From positions 51,936 to 115,935 of the IMG/VR virus record IMGVR_UViG_2832702071_000001: a stretch of 64,000 nucleotides of DNA, one strand, 5' to 3'. The notes beneath the pieces are model-generated. The model was not told the DNA's origin and searched no databases. It saw only the letters and a list, made by a program, of their open reading frames with translations. Shown here piece after piece: positions 1 to 9,457 of this stretch. A program made the translations under genes and the position numbers. This DNA is from a virus (lineage: Duplodnaviria; Caudoviricetes). How positions within the stretch are numbered: the first letter of the stretch is position 1; each line of letters starts with the position of its first letter.

Positions 1-55
1 ACATACCTTACAGACAGATAGTTCATGATCCTCATCCCAGACATGTTCCATATAA

Positions 56-229
56 TCAATCTACCTCCTCTAAACAATCAACTGAAAATCCACCGCTTTT
101 ACCTTTTAATAAAACAACCTTTTCACCATGTCCTAACTCCCACGGTTCACTTCTTGTAATCCACACTTTATCGGGATTCTTTCTTGCTTCGTAGCAATTG
201 ATCATTTTTACCTTTGTTCCAATTTCCAT
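56..229 (-). CDS. Small hypothetical protein (57 aa, not in ORF track)
   Basis: Manual translation MEIGTKVKMINCYEARKNPDKVWITRSEPW...; AAGGATG SD upstream. Confidence 0.6.
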   Translation of the reverse strand: MEIGTKVKMINCYEARKNPDKVWITRSEPWELGHGEKVVLLKGKSGGFSVDCLEEVD

Positions 230-262
230 TCTCTATCATCCTTTTCCATTAAAATTGTCATT

Positions 263-553
263 TTAATTCTTGTTATGAATATCACCAGACCAGACTCGTT
301 CTTTGTTACAATTTACACATCTATGAAAACTTTTGTATATTCCTGCATGATAGCAAACATAATGGTGCAATCCTATTTTACACCATTTACCTTTGTTTAC
401 ACTTCCTATATAAGCTAATTTCTTAATTGTTTTCGCATATTGCTTTGCTTCTTTCTTATCGGTAAATTGAATACCTGTTCTTATTATTGAATTATTCTCA
501 TAAATAAAATACCGTTTCGAACTTCTGTCATATTTAACCTTCAATCTACTCAA
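263..553 (-). CDS. Hypothetical protein with C-terminal Cys/His motif
   Basis: WCKIGLHHY...RCVNC; SD present; part of the minus-strand small-gene array. Confidence 0.65.
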   Translation of the reverse strand: MSRLKVKYDRSSKRYFIYENNSIIRTGIQFTDKKEAKQYAKTIKKLAYIGSVNKGKWCKIGLHHYVCYHAGIYKSFHRCVNCNKERVWSGDIHNKN

Positions 554-580
554 TCAACCACATCCTTTAAAGTGCGTCTT

Positions 581-808
581 TTACTCGATATCAATCTCGT
601 CTTTATATGAATCGTTTAATCTTGCAACATATTTATTTTTCTCGATATCCCAACTTATATAATATTGGTCTTTTTCAAAATCACAGTATTCTTCTAACCT
701 AACTAAATATGGATCATAAAATTCATCGCCAAAGTTTTCTAATATTATTCCAGTCTCTTGTGTTACTTTTGTCATCTTTTCTAAAAATTCTTTCACTTGC
801 TTTTCCAT
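581..808 (-). CDS. Hypothetical protein
   Basis: GGAGG SD, ATG start. Confidence 0.7.
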   Translation of the reverse strand: MEKQVKEFLEKMTKVTQETGIILENFGDEFYDPYLVRLEEYCDFEKDQYYISWDIEKNKYVARLNDSYKDEIDIE

Positions 809-821
809 TTTAATACCTCCT

Positions 822-1040
822 CTAATTAGTAACGTTATACTCCTGTTTAATTTTTTGCTTAGTTTTAATTTTTTCCCACTCTTCTACATAAACTAATTTT
901 TCTGTGTTACATTTAGGACAAAATACACAGCAACCTCTTTCTAATATTACGTATATCGGATCTTCTGTTATATAATCATCTTTGATATAATGCCAGTCAT
1001 GTTCACATTTGTTTTTAGACTTTTTGAAAAACCCCAGCAA
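822..1040 (-). CDS. Small zinc-ribbon-like hypothetical protein
   Basis: CEHDW...CPKC; GGAGGTG SD. Confidence 0.7.
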   Translation of the reverse strand: MLGFFKKSKNKCEHDWHYIKDDYITEDPIYVILERGCCVFCPKCNTEKLVYVEEWEKIKTKQKIKQEYNVTN

Positions 1041-1083
1041 TATTTATCACCTCCTGTTATTTTAATCAGTTAAAAGGAAAATT

Positions 1084-1398
1084 TTATCTTAATATCATAT
1101 TATTATTTTTGATCTTGTTCACAATTGTCGCCTTTCTAGATTCTCCACACCATGCATAAGGATAAGTGTTTTCAGAATCCTTACCCTTAACCTTATCTAT
1201 AAAATCATTAAATGCTTCTCGATTAATTCTTTCCCAAAAGAATATTTTAGTAGACTCTGGTTGCTCATCAAATGATAAAGTTTCATCCTTAAAAGCATCA
1301 ACACAAGTATCTATAATTCCATCATAAATTTTAAAACTTTCATGAGGATTATCATCACTAATCCATTCTTGACCTATTTTTAATTCCAGTGATCTCAC
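1084..1398 (-). CDS. Hypothetical protein
   Basis: 104 aa ORF in the gene array. Confidence 0.65.
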   Translation of the reverse strand: MRSLELKIGQEWISDDNPHESFKIYDGIIDTCVDAFKDETLSFDEQPESTKIFFWERINREAFNDFIDKVKGKDSENTYPYAWCGESRKATIVNKIKNNNMILR

Positions 1399-1418
1399 AC
1401 CTTTCCTGTTATAGTTAA

Positions 1419-1634
1419 TTATCTTAATTTATATCTTGCCATACCCCTATCAAATGCATCTTTTAGACTTATAGATCTAGGAAATTCTCTTTTTAACCAT
1501 TCTTCAGACGGATAATATAAACTGTGTCGGTCATATGGTTGCGCCTCATCTTCAACAAATTCAATACTTCCTAAATACCATCCGGCAGCAGATTCCATTC
1601 TTACACGATTAATAATCAATCTTATACCTCCCAT
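1419..1634 (-). CDS. Hypothetical protein (true start probably slightly downstream)
   Basis: SAAGWYLGS...PYDRHSLYY; the annotated 5' end contains GGAGGT, likely the SD. Confidence 0.6.
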   Translation of the reverse strand: MGGIRLIINRVRMESAAGWYLGSIEFVEDEAQPYDRHSLYYPSEEWLKREFPRSISLKDAFDRGMARYKLR

Positions 1635-1646
1635 AAAAGAAACGTT

Positions 1647-2102
1647 TTATTGTATAAATTTAACCAAAGTAACCTCATAATCTTTAAAAGCACTGTCTAT
1701 CAAGTCATAGACAATCTCCCAATCTCCTCCTGCTAAACCGCAACCTATACCATGTGGTAAAGCAACACTTAAATTCAGAGATTTTGCCATTGATGATAAC
1801 CTATTCAATGATTCACTAAGAGCTAAATAATCAGTCTGCTGCTTTTGAGTTCCTATTGATTCTTGACCAAATAAATTGCTTACATATTTATTTTTATCGA
1901 CAATTACAATTTGATGTTTGCCTAATAATTTGCGCTTTTCTATATGACTATCCACTAAACCTTTGTATTGCTCGAAAGCAATAGGATATTTATTTTTAAT
2001 CTGTTTTGCTAAACCTGCACCCATAACACCGATACAATTAACTTGATGTCCAATGATATTTTTATCTGTATTCAGAATATTACCTTCAACTATTTTTATC
2101 AT
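1647..2102 (-). CDS. Macrodomain protein (DarG/TARG1-like ADP-ribose hydrolase)
   Basis: IGHQVNCIGVMGAGLAKQIK and ALPHGIGCGLAGGDW macrodomain signatures. Confidence 0.88.
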   Translation of the reverse strand: MIKIVEGNILNTDKNIIGHQVNCIGVMGAGLAKQIKNKYPIAFEQYKGLVDSHIEKRKLLGKHQIVIVDKNKYVSNLFGQESIGTQKQQTDYLALSESLNRLSSMAKSLNLSVALPHGIGCGLAGGDWEIVYDLIDSAFKDYEVTLVKFIQ

Positions 2103-2140
2103 TTTATCATCTCCTTTAAAATGTGCATTTCAATCTAATA

Positions 2141-2527
2141 TTAAAATATATACTCTACTTTTACTGGAATACTAATTGTATCTTTTACACCTGTTCCGAA
2201 ACTAGCCTTAACTCCATACTCTGATTCTAGCTCGATATCACCTATAACATAATTTACATCTTTTAAGCTCATCAATTCTTCTTCTGAGATAGAGTCTTTG
2301 AAGTATAGATGCTTATTAATAAGAGGTAATAAAGCTTCACCTATAAGATTGGCAGTAAAAAGAATTGTTCCATCATGTGTTGATTCTTTGATTATTTGGT
2401 GATGGAATTCTTTATTTGTACTTTTATCATATTCTATATGTCCTACTTCTAATCCTGATCCATAACCACTGCTTTCTAATATTGATGAGATGTATTCCAT
2501 GGGATTTATAATATCTATTTTACTCAT
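2141..2527 (-). CDS. Hypothetical protein
   Basis: AGGAG SD, 128 aa. Confidence 0.7.
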   Translation of the reverse strand: MSKIDIINPMEYISSILESSGYGSGLEVGHIEYDKSTNKEFHHQIIKESTHDGTILFTANLIGEALLPLINKHLYFKDSISEEELMSLKDVNYVIGDIELESEYGVKASFGTGVKDTISIPVKVEYIF

Positions 2528-2564
2528 TATTTTTTCTCCTTTTTAATTAATTAAAATCTGCATT

Positions 2565-2738
2565 TTACACTAGAACCCAGTTACCTTCCTTGATTGCTGA
2601 TTCAACTTTTTCTTTTGTATATGTTAAAATGTCATCTGAATCAATGACATAGCAACTTTTATCGTAGTCCCATCTCCCCGTATGAATTTCTTCTTTATCT
2701 AACAATGGTATTATAAAAGTAAATTGCAAAGAATTCAT
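2565..2738 (-). CDS. Small hypothetical protein (57 aa, not in ORF track)
   Basis: Manual translation MNSLQFTFIIPLLDKEEIHTGRWDY...; GGGAG SD. Confidence 0.6.
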   Translation of the reverse strand: MNSLQFTFIIPLLDKEEIHTGRWDYDKSCYVIDSDDILTYTKEKVESAIKEGNWVLV

Positions 2739-2773
2739 TGTTCAATCTCCCTCTTTAATATAAAATTCGTATT

Positions 2774-3091
2774 TTATTGAATTATATTGGATTCCATTTG
2801 TACCTTGTTTTCCGATAGATATCTAACATCTACAATCACCATGTCTAACTCTTCTGATGGAATAGATAACCCATAATCAAATTGAAATATAAAAGACTTG
2901 TCAACTAAAGACTTTTTAAAAAGACTTAAAATTTCTCCATTGTTTTTGTCTTCATATATACTGTGGTTAAAATTAAGGCTGAATCCAATCACCATTTGAT
3001 TTTCATTTTTATAAAAATTTGCATTACTAAAATACAAAGTAGGTAAACCTTTTTTGTTTTGCACAGTCTTTTCATAAACTATTACGTTCAT
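2774..3091 (-). CDS. Hypothetical protein
   Basis: 105 aa ORF with SD. Confidence 0.65.
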   Translation of the reverse strand: MNVIVYEKTVQNKKGLPTLYFSNANFYKNENQMVIGFSLNFNHSIYEDKNNGEILSLFKKSLVDKSFIFQFDYGLSIPSEELDMVIVDVRYLSENKVQMESNIIQ

Positions 3092-3199
3092 TTATTTTAT
3101 CACCATCCCATCGGTTAAAACCCATCTTTTAACGCATTTGCTTATTCCAGCTGTAATGTCATTCTGATACTAAGATTTCTTTATATTTTATTAATCATA

Positions 3200-3595
3200 T
3201 TAAACTACTACTAAACATTTAGTCTTCATAAACTCTTCATAGTCCATATCACCCTTATCTTCATTACATTTGGCGCAACTACACACTAGGTTGAAAGGAG
3301 TAGAGCATCCCCCTTTAGATTTTGGAGTTTTGTGGTCTATTGTGTCTCCATATCCGCCACAATAATGACATGTATAGTTATCTCTTTTTTTTATATATTT
3401 TTTCATCTGTTTATTGCTTCTAAACTTCTCAACAGTATGATCATCTATAACCCTACAACTACCTTCTCTTACATGTATCAACGCCTTTTCATAAGACAAA
3501 AAACTTATAAATCTATGTTTGTTCTTAGTGCTGGACTTAACAACCACCACACCATCCTCGTTTGGTTTTAAATGTTTTAATTTTACTTTAACCAC
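3200..3595 (-). CDS. HNH endonuclease
   Basis: RDNYTCHYCG...TIDHKTPKSKGG...NLVCSCAKCNEDKG. Confidence 0.9.
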   Translation of the reverse strand: MVKVKLKHLKPNEDGVVVVKSSTKNKHRFISFLSYEKALIHVREGSCRVIDDHTVEKFRSNKQMKKYIKKRDNYTCHYCGGYGDTIDHKTPKSKGGCSTPFNLVCSCAKCNEDKGDMDYEEFMKTKCLVVV

Positions 3596-3630
3596 CTTCT
3601 TTTCATAATAATCCTACTAAAACTCATATT

Positions 3631-3876
3631 TCATTCTATATTTTTCAAATTATCTTTATGAATAAACCATCCATAATTAGGTACTAACAACGTACCATCT
3701 TCTAGCTCGCATTTGTGAGCATCTTCAAATTCAAAAGAAAAATTAACTGCTACCATCCCATCGTCTAATATATCTGAAACGACCTCCCCATGATCTCCTT
3801 TTTGTAGAAATGAACCATCTGGATTGTCAATCAAAACTTCCACTATACATCCCTTTTTAACTATTCTATTTGTCAA
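3631..3876 (-). CDS. Hypothetical protein
   Basis: 81 aa ORF with SD. Confidence 0.6.
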   Translation of the reverse strand: MTNRIVKKGCIVEVLIDNPDGSFLQKGDHGEVVSDILDDGMVAVNFSFEFEDAHKCELEDGTLLVPNYGWFIHKDNLKNIE

Positions 3877-3910
3877 TCTTATTCATCCCTTTCTCAATGA
3901 AAGTCACATT

Positions 3911-4201
3911 TTAATCAATTGCTACCTCTTTTGCTATACTGATAATCTCTTTCATTTCGTCTTTTGGAATCTCATTAAAGTAAACATCATGGAAATCCTC
4001 TTTGACAAACTCATTAATTTTATTTTTTAAACTTACAAATTCAAAATCTTTTTCAATAATTTCTCCTTTAAAAACCAGCTCAACAACATCACAACCTAAC
4101 ATGCTAATAAACCCCAGTGATTTCTTGACATCGCTGTTATAGTTCTTTAATCTATAGGCTACCGTTTTGTCTTCGCCTGTGAAAAATTTTACATAATACA
4201 C
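3911..4201 (-). CDS. Hypothetical protein
   Basis: 96 aa ORF with SD. Confidence 0.6.
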   Translation of the reverse strand: MYYVKFFTGEDKTVAYRLKNYNSDVKKSLGFISMLGCDVVELVFKGEIIEKDFEFVSLKNKINEFVKEDFHDVYFNEIPKDEMKEIISIAKEVAID

Positions 4202-4361
4202 GCCTATCTTCCTTTCTCAATGAAATCATTCTTTTATTCAATGAATTGCTAACCTATTATTTACATGACCACATATTTTGCATTTTTTCTCATGTGTAAA
4301 CCACCCATGATCTATTTTTACCAATTCATACTCGTGTTTGTGATCACTTTTCTTTGAAGAT

Positions 4362-4667
4362 TTACTCATTAATATTCACTCCTAGATAACTCTTTAAATA
4401 TTTTATATCTTTTTCAACATTTTTAATTTGGTTATCAATAATTTTTTGTGCTAATTCAAAATCAACTATCTTTTCATGAGCCATATCTGATACATTTCTA
4501 ATTAGCTGCGCTTTGTCATTAATATTTCTTGAAAAATCTACTATAGAGTTAATTTGTAGTTTACTTGGTGACAATTTATTGTTAATCTTATCTCGTTCCT
4601 CAAATACATTATCAATCACTTTAGACCATTTCTCAATATGATTCCTATTACTCTTTGTCATCATCAT
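4362..4667 (-). CDS. Hypothetical protein
   Basis: GGAGG SD; overlaps the upstream gene. Confidence 0.65.
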   Translation of the reverse strand: MMMTKSNRNHIEKWSKVIDNVFEERDKINNKLSPSKLQINSIVDFSRNINDKAQLIRNVSDMAHEKIVDFELAQKIIDNQIKNVEKDIKYLKSYLGVNINE

Positions 4668-4848
4668 TACCTCCTAAAATATCCGAAAATAGATCTTCTA
4701 ACTCAATTTTCCTATTATTAATATAAAATCCAGCCCTATCTGCTGTCGCTTTAGTTACCTTTAGTCCATTTTCTTCAGCTATTCTTCTTATTCTGTCTTC
4801 CGATAAATCCCAGCTCAAATTATCAACTCCTGTTATGATAAAATTCAT
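4648..4848 (-). CDS. Hypothetical protein
   Basis: 66 aa ORF with SD. Confidence 0.6.
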   Translation of the reverse strand: MNFIITGVDNLSWDLSEDRIRRIAEENGLKVTKATADRAGFYINNRKIELEDLFSDILGGNDDDKE

Positions 4849-5045
4849 GCTTTATTCCTTATCATCCCAACTACAATTGTCTCCAATAAATTCCCATATC
4901 CAATCTTTAAAATCCTCTTCAATTTCATCGTCCGTTGTTTCTTCCTCGTATTCAAATTCTTCTGTAATTTCGTCTCCCCATCCTCTTTGAAACCTAAATA
5001 TGACTGATCTCATATTAATTCCTCCTATAAAATTGATATTTTAAC

Positions 5046-5249
5046 TCAATAGCTTCTTTCTGGACAAATGTTTTTCCAATCCATTTCAATAATATTTCCT
5101 TTATCATCTGTCACCCATTCATCTGTATAGAAACACCTACTCATCACTCTCTTAATATCATCTAGCGTATCAAATTTAGTTGAATGTGGAATGCCTCTAT
5201 CTTGCGACCATCCTGTAGGCTTCCAATGCAAATTGTAATGCTTACTCAT
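5046..5249 (-). CDS. Hypothetical protein
   Basis: GGAGG SD; coupled to upstream gene. Confidence 0.65.
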   Translation of the reverse strand: MSKHYNLHWKPTGWSQDRGIPHSTKFDTLDDIKRVMSRCFYTDEWVTDDKGNIIEMDWKNICPERSY

Positions 5250-5427
5250 CTAATTCCTCCCAATGACCGTCAATATTTTCAGTAACCCAATCCTTATAAT
5301 ATTCTTCGACAACCTCTTCTTTCTCCATTTCATCTAATCCCTCAAGAAAATTGTCCGCGATCTCAACTTCCTCCTCTACTTTTGACCCAACATAACGTGT
5401 ACTTACTGTAAATAAGAATTTTGCCAC
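5242..5427 (-). CDS. Small acidic hypothetical protein
   Basis: 61 aa, Glu-rich, with SD. Confidence 0.65.
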   Translation of the reverse strand: MAKFLFTVSTRYVGSKVEEEVEIADNFLEGLDEMEKEEVVEEYYKDWVTENIDGHWEELDE

Positions 5428-5465
5428 TTACATTCCTTCCTTTCCAACAAATTTATTATTTTAAT

Positions 5466-5660
5466 CTATAGCTTAGCAGCTAACTCGTATACCAACTCTT
5501 TAATTTTAGCCGATTTGTTTTGCTCCTCATTGATCATATCAATAACTTTGCTCAATTCCTTTTCTAAGTCAGACCCACTCTCAGCATGTTCTCGTAAAAT
5601 CATCATCATATTTTGCTGAATCCGTGAAAAATCAACTTTTTCAACATTATTAGTTTCCAT
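5466..5660 (-). CDS. Hypothetical protein
   Basis: AGGAG SD. Confidence 0.6.
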   Translation of the reverse strand: METNNVEKVDFSRIQQNMMMILREHAESGSDLEKELSKVIDMINEEQNKSAKIKELVYELAAKL

Positions 5661-5688
5661 TATTAAATTCTCCTTTTATAATTATTTT

Positions 5689-5886
5689 TTAAACTGCTAA
5701 ATGGTTGATTGAGAATATTTTGTTGCCTTTGACATAATATTCAATTATATCTCCTGATGGTTTGTATTCCGTTTCTTCGAGTTTATATCCTTTCTTCAAC
5801 AATTCTTTTATCTTTTTGTTATATCTCAACCCATCTTCGTCTGTGTAGCCAACTATGAGATCTTCTCTAATGATATTTAAATGCAT
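5689..5886 (-). CDS. Hypothetical protein
   Basis: GAGGA SD. Confidence 0.55.
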   Translation of the reverse strand: MHLNIIREDLIVGYTDEDGLRYNKKIKELLKKGYKLEETEYKPSGDIIEYYVKGNKIFSINHLAV

Positions 5887-5977
5887 TTTAGTTCCTCTTC
5901 CAACTCATCTATCTCTTTTTGAACATTTTCTTTTGTCAATTTTATCACCCTCTTTTTTTATTTAATCCCTTGAATAT

Positions 5978-6193
5978 TTATTCTTCTTCATAATGTTCTT
6001 CTTCAAGCCTTTGATCCATTTGTTTTGTCATTTCCTTTGTAATCTTGTTATCTCTTTCCCACTCAACCAATTCTAAATAAACATTTGCATTGTCAATTAT
6101 CCCATCTTCATTTGCCATTCTCTCTAAAATATCACTATATTCCTTATATTGTTTTTCATTATACAATTTCTTCATTTTAATCACTCCTAACAA
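5978..6193 (-). CDS. Hypothetical protein (start likely at internal MKKLY)
   Basis: AGGAG precedes the internal ATG. Confidence 0.6.
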   Translation of the reverse strand: MLGVIKMKKLYNEKQYKEYSDILERMANEDGIIDNANVYLELVEWERDNKITKEMTKQMDQRLEEEHYEEE

Positions 6194-6203
6194 ATTTATT
6201 ATC

Positions 6204-6794
6204 TCACAACTTCTTTATTTCTTCCCACACTACCTTTATGGCATTTTGCTTGTCTTCGTCTGCTTCTGCTATCTCAAGCAACCAACCCTCTGACACAAGC
6301 CTGAGTAAGTCAATATCCTTGTTGTTACTAACACCTTTTTTTGTTCCAAGTAAATCATCTAATGACACGTCAAAATAATCCGCCAAAATAACCAATGAAT
6401 TCAGATTTGGTTCTCTACCACCAATTTCGTATTTTGAGTAACCCGACCTGCTTATGTTAATTATTTTTGATAAATCATCCATTGTTTTTTTCTTATTTTT
6501 TCTTAATAATCTTAACTTCTTCCCAAATTCTGTTTGAGCCCTTTCTGAAACTTCTTTTTCGTCTACGTGATAAGAAAAATCATCGTCGGTCTTTGTCAGC
6601 CATCGACTATCTACGTCAAAAATTTCTGCCAATTTGTCTAGTTGCTCAGGAGTTGGTCTTGCATAGCCTGTTTCATAATTTGTTATAGTTGTTCTTGTTA
6701 CTCCTGCCTTCATAGCTAATTGTGATTGAGTTAGCGCCTTTGTGTGACGTAAATATTTTATTTTTTTTGCCAATACTCTGTCTGTCATTATCAA
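6204..6794 (-). CDS. XRE-family regulator with two tandem HTH domains
   Basis: LTQSQLAMKAGVTRTTITNYETGYARP and KTMDDLSKIINISRSGYSKYEIGGREP. Confidence 0.9.
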   Translation of the reverse strand: MIMTDRVLAKKIKYLRHTKALTQSQLAMKAGVTRTTITNYETGYARPTPEQLDKLAEIFDVDSRWLTKTDDDFSYHVDEKEVSERAQTEFGKKLRLLRKNKKKTMDDLSKIINISRSGYSKYEIGGREPNLNSLVILADYFDVSLDDLLGTKKGVSNNKDIDLLRLVSEGWLLEIAEADEDKQNAIKVVWEEIKKL

Positions 6795-6815
6795 ACAACT
6801 CCCGCTATAAAATGT

Positions 6816-7385
6816 TTATTTTAACCTATACTTTAAAACTCTACCCCGATGATTTTTCATCTCTAAATAAATTGAATCAAAGTCTAATATATTTTTAACC
6901 TCATCGACTTTAATTGTTCTTGTTAGATTTAATTCAAAAATTGTTTTTGGTGGGGTATTTATTATGTTTATATCATCGATTCCATAGGAAATTTTCCCAT
7001 TTCTTTCGGTAGATTTGTCATATAACTTATCTTTTAACAATAATTCTTTATTCTTATAGATGCATAAAGATAAGTCACGAAAAACTTTAGGTACTTCGGA
7101 ACTATTGTATACTTCTAATGTCGTTTGAATTTGAATCTCACTTGCTTTGTTCTTTTCCGCTGCTCCTAGCTTTTGGTATGATCCCCATCCTTCGTCAACA
7201 TTATTTCGGAACTCTAAATCAAACAATCTAACATATATTCTCAAGCTACCAACATTCTTTAGCAACTGAGATGATGTAAGTGTTACAACAACTCCTAACA
7301 ATGTTCCTATGATGGATTGATACTCTAAAAAAACTTCCTTTAACTGATCCACACCCTTTATCCCCTTTGTAATAAGATAAAACAT
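6816..7385 (-). CDS. Membrane-anchored hypothetical protein
   Basis: N-terminal hydrophobic segment IIGTLLGVVVTL; own promoter upstream. Confidence 0.65.
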   Translation of the reverse strand: MFYLITKGIKGVDQLKEVFLEYQSIIGTLLGVVVTLTSSQLLKNVGSLRIYVRLFDLEFRNNVDEGWGSYQKLGAAEKNKASEIQIQTTLEVYNSSEVPKVFRDLSLCIYKNKELLLKDKLYDKSTERNGKISYGIDDINIINTPPKTIFELNLTRTIKVDEVKNILDFDSIYLEMKNHRGRVLKYRLK

Positions 7386-7405
7386 ATATTTTATTGATTA
7401 ATTCT

Positions 7406-7434
7406 ATTTTAAATTATAATTATATAGAAGTCAA
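7406..7434 (-). promoter_or_regulatory. sigmaA-type promoter overlapped by a variant of the 18-bp motif
   Basis: TTGACT-17 bp-TAAAAT on the minus strand. Confidence 0.6.
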
Positions 7435-7452
7435 TAAAAAAAGACATCTTTT

Positions 7453-8550
7453 TTATTTAGATGCCTTTTTCAGTAGATCTGTATATTCTGGGTATATTTT
7501 TAATAAATCCTTCTTGATACTTATTAATGACTGATACATACGGTCATCATCATTTGTATTTATAGAGAACCTTTTGAACAAACCATTTACAACGGCTTCT
7601 GAGTGTATGCTGATTTTATATCCTCTGTCTATTATCAACTTCAAAAAGTATGCTTTCCCAGATTTTTCAACATTTTTTAAACTTAAATTCAAACCTGTAT
7701 ATTTACTGAAAGCTTTGGCACGCATAGATAGCGTTGGACTACTTACACGAGTATTCCCGACATTTACTCCGACAATGGTTGGTTTGAATATATAATCAGT
7801 ACCAACAACGTCATAATATGTTCTAAAGTTTTTCGTTTTATTTCTATTTTCAACCGAATTTAAATCCATATATCTATTATAAATGTTTGTATTCTTGACT
7901 TTATCAACAAGATACAAACAATAGTCATCAACAATAATATCATTGTAATAATTATTTATTTGGCTCATTCTTAAAATTTTGTTATCAAAATCAAAATGAT
8001 CATGTTTAATTTCAGTCAACACACTTGTTTTATTGCTTGCTGCACCCAAAAAAGCCAAATATACCAACAGCATGTCTTGATAATTTAAAAGAGGCTGTAT
8101 TTCAACCATGTCATGTGATTTACCAATTGCATTGTATACAGAGTTGAAGCTCAACAAATCTTTGTCCTTAATAGTAATACCTTCTAACTCATCCTCAGTA
8201 ACGGTGGATGCTTCAATTATATTTAAACGCTTCTCTCCTTGTTGTAAACCCCATTCTTGATACATTTTAAGCCAATCAAGATAGCTCTTAGCGCTCCCTT
8301 TGGTTATCTTCTTATCTTTTAACCAACTAATAATTTCTTCTTTGTTAAAGTCTAAAATATCCTTATTTAGTTTCTGTTCATAAGAAAATGTATTTGCAAA
8401 AAACCATCTCCAATGATTTTCATTGTTTATAAATTTATTAATAAATTCATTTTTGTTTTTAGCCTGGTAAATCCCCATAATTTTCACCCTTTCATTTTTA
8501 CTATGATACCACATTACACTTGTTTTTAAACAATTATGTTTGATTACCAC
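7453..8550 (-). CDS. MrpR/YopR-like master repressor with a tyrosine-recombinase-derived fold (likely start ATG at 8478)
   Basis: EQKLNKDILDFNKEEI N-terminal motif as in YopR; integrase-like core without an R/HxxR/Y catalytic set; position downstream of the arbitrium module as in SPbeta. Confidence 0.7.
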   Translation of the reverse strand: MVIKHNCLKTSVMWYHSKNERVKIMGIYQAKNKNEFINKFINNENHWRWFFANTFSYEQKLNKDILDFNKEEIISWLKDKKITKGSAKSYLDWLKMYQEWGLQQGEKRLNIIEASTVTEDELEGITIKDKDLLSFNSVYNAIGKSHDMVEIQPLLNYQDMLLVYLAFLGAASNKTSVLTEIKHDHFDFDNKILRMSQINNYYNDIIVDDYCLYLVDKVKNTNIYNRYMDLNSVENRNKTKNFRTYYDVVGTDYIFKPTIVGVNVGNTRVSSPTLSMRAKAFSKYTGLNLSLKNVEKSGKAYFLKLIIDRGYKISIHSEAVVNGLFKRFSINTNDDDRMYQSLISIKKDLLKIYPEYTDLLKKASK

Positions 8551-8629
8551 AAAAATATTATATAATTATAAAAAAATATTGTAAAGCCTGATTATGAACT
8601 TATTGGTTAATGTAACACAAATGTAATAA

Positions 8630-8651
8630 AGCCCACTATCGCAAGTGGACT
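8630..8651 (-). terminator. Probable intrinsic terminator
   Basis: AGCCCACT-ATCGCA-AGTGGACT hairpin between the aimX-position gene and the repressor. Confidence 0.5.
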
Positions 8652-8658
8652 TTAGATG

Positions 8659-9072
8659 TTATATTAAAAAATAATCATTGTTTTTCGTTGGAGCATCCCA
8701 TAATTGTAATATAGATAGTAATGATGACGATTTTCGATTTAAATACTTTTCAAATAGTTCCTCATATGTTATACTAAGGTCATTAAGTAATTGAATATGA
8801 ATATGCTCGACTGGTTCTTGAAATAGCCCTTCAAGAGCCAGTTTTTCGTTTTCTCTACACTTATTACTAAAGTCTTCTTTGTTTGTCATACTCTTCTCTC
8901 GTTTGTAACTTTGAAAATGCAGAATATCAAAAGGAAAATTACCAGTGTTGTGAAAATCATCATATACCATCAAATCTTTATCGTCAGAAATCAAAAAACA
9001 AAATAATTCAACGTGTTTCAACAGTTTCGCCCCATATTTTTTAGCCATATTGATTTTATATTGTTCTAACAT
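8659..9072 (-). CDS. Hypothetical protein in the aimX position
   Basis: Directly downstream of aimP; GAGGAGGAG SD; SOS-boxed promoter. Confidence 0.7.
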   Translation of the reverse strand: MLEQYKINMAKKYGAKLLKHVELFCFLISDDKDLMVYDDFHNTGNFPFDILHFQSYKREKSMTNKEDFSNKCRENEKLALEGLFQEPVEHIHIQLLNDLSITYEELFEKYLNRKSSSLLSILQLWDAPTKNNDYFLI

Positions 9073-9096
9073 ATATTTCTCCTCCTCGATGTTTTC

Positions 9097-9131
9097 ATTA
9101 TACTATAACCCACAAATAAGAACAAGTGTTC
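9097..9131 (-). promoter_or_regulatory. Promoter with a LexA (Cheo) box over the -35
   Basis: GAAC-AAGT-GTTC at 9120-9131; TATAAT at 9097-9102 (minus), 17 bp from TTGTTC. Confidence 0.75.
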
Positions 9132-9194
9132 CTATATACATTTATTATTCATTTTTTTATTTTTTATAAAATTTTATAAATGTATTTTTTAGAT

Positions 9195-9229
9195 AACAAA
9201 AGCGCTACTATTAAAGTAACGCTTTTGTT
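9195..9229 (-). terminator. Intrinsic terminator after aimP
   Basis: AACAAAAGCGCTACT-ATTAA-AGTAACGCTTTTGTT hairpin. Confidence 0.75.
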
Positions 9230-9235
9230 GTGTTT

Positions 9236-9424
9236 CTAGCCTGGAGTTGGATCGGGATCAACATTCATTAAAATTTCGTAGTCCGTGCTATCATCTACTG
9301 CCATTGAAAATGTTTCGTGGTGTTCCTGGTCATATGTTTGATAAGATAATTGCGTATCATCTTGACTTGCAACACCAAAAGATAGACCAACTACAATCAA
9401 TAGTGCTAAAATAACTCTTTTCAA
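9236..9424 (-). CDS. aimP: Arbitrium pro-peptide AimP (62 aa from TTG at 9424)
   Basis: Signal peptide KRVILALLIVVGLSFGVA, acidic pro-region, C-terminus MNVDPDPTPG; directly after aimR; GGGGGTG SD. Confidence 0.8.
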   Translation of the reverse strand: MKRVILALLIVVGLSFGVASQDDTQLSYQTYDQEHHETFSMAVDDSTDYEILMNVDPDPTPG

Positions 9425-9457
9425 CTTCTCACCCCCTTTCAAAGTTAAGATATGTGT

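Noticed and set aside
110-125. TAAAA-N6-TTTCA copy
   Set aside because: Inside the coding sequence of ORF 56-229, so likely a chance match; it shows that background hits occur
7453-8550. Active phage integrase
   Set aside because: Catalytic R/HxxR/Y set not recognisable; sequence pattern and position fit an MrpR/YopR-like repressor
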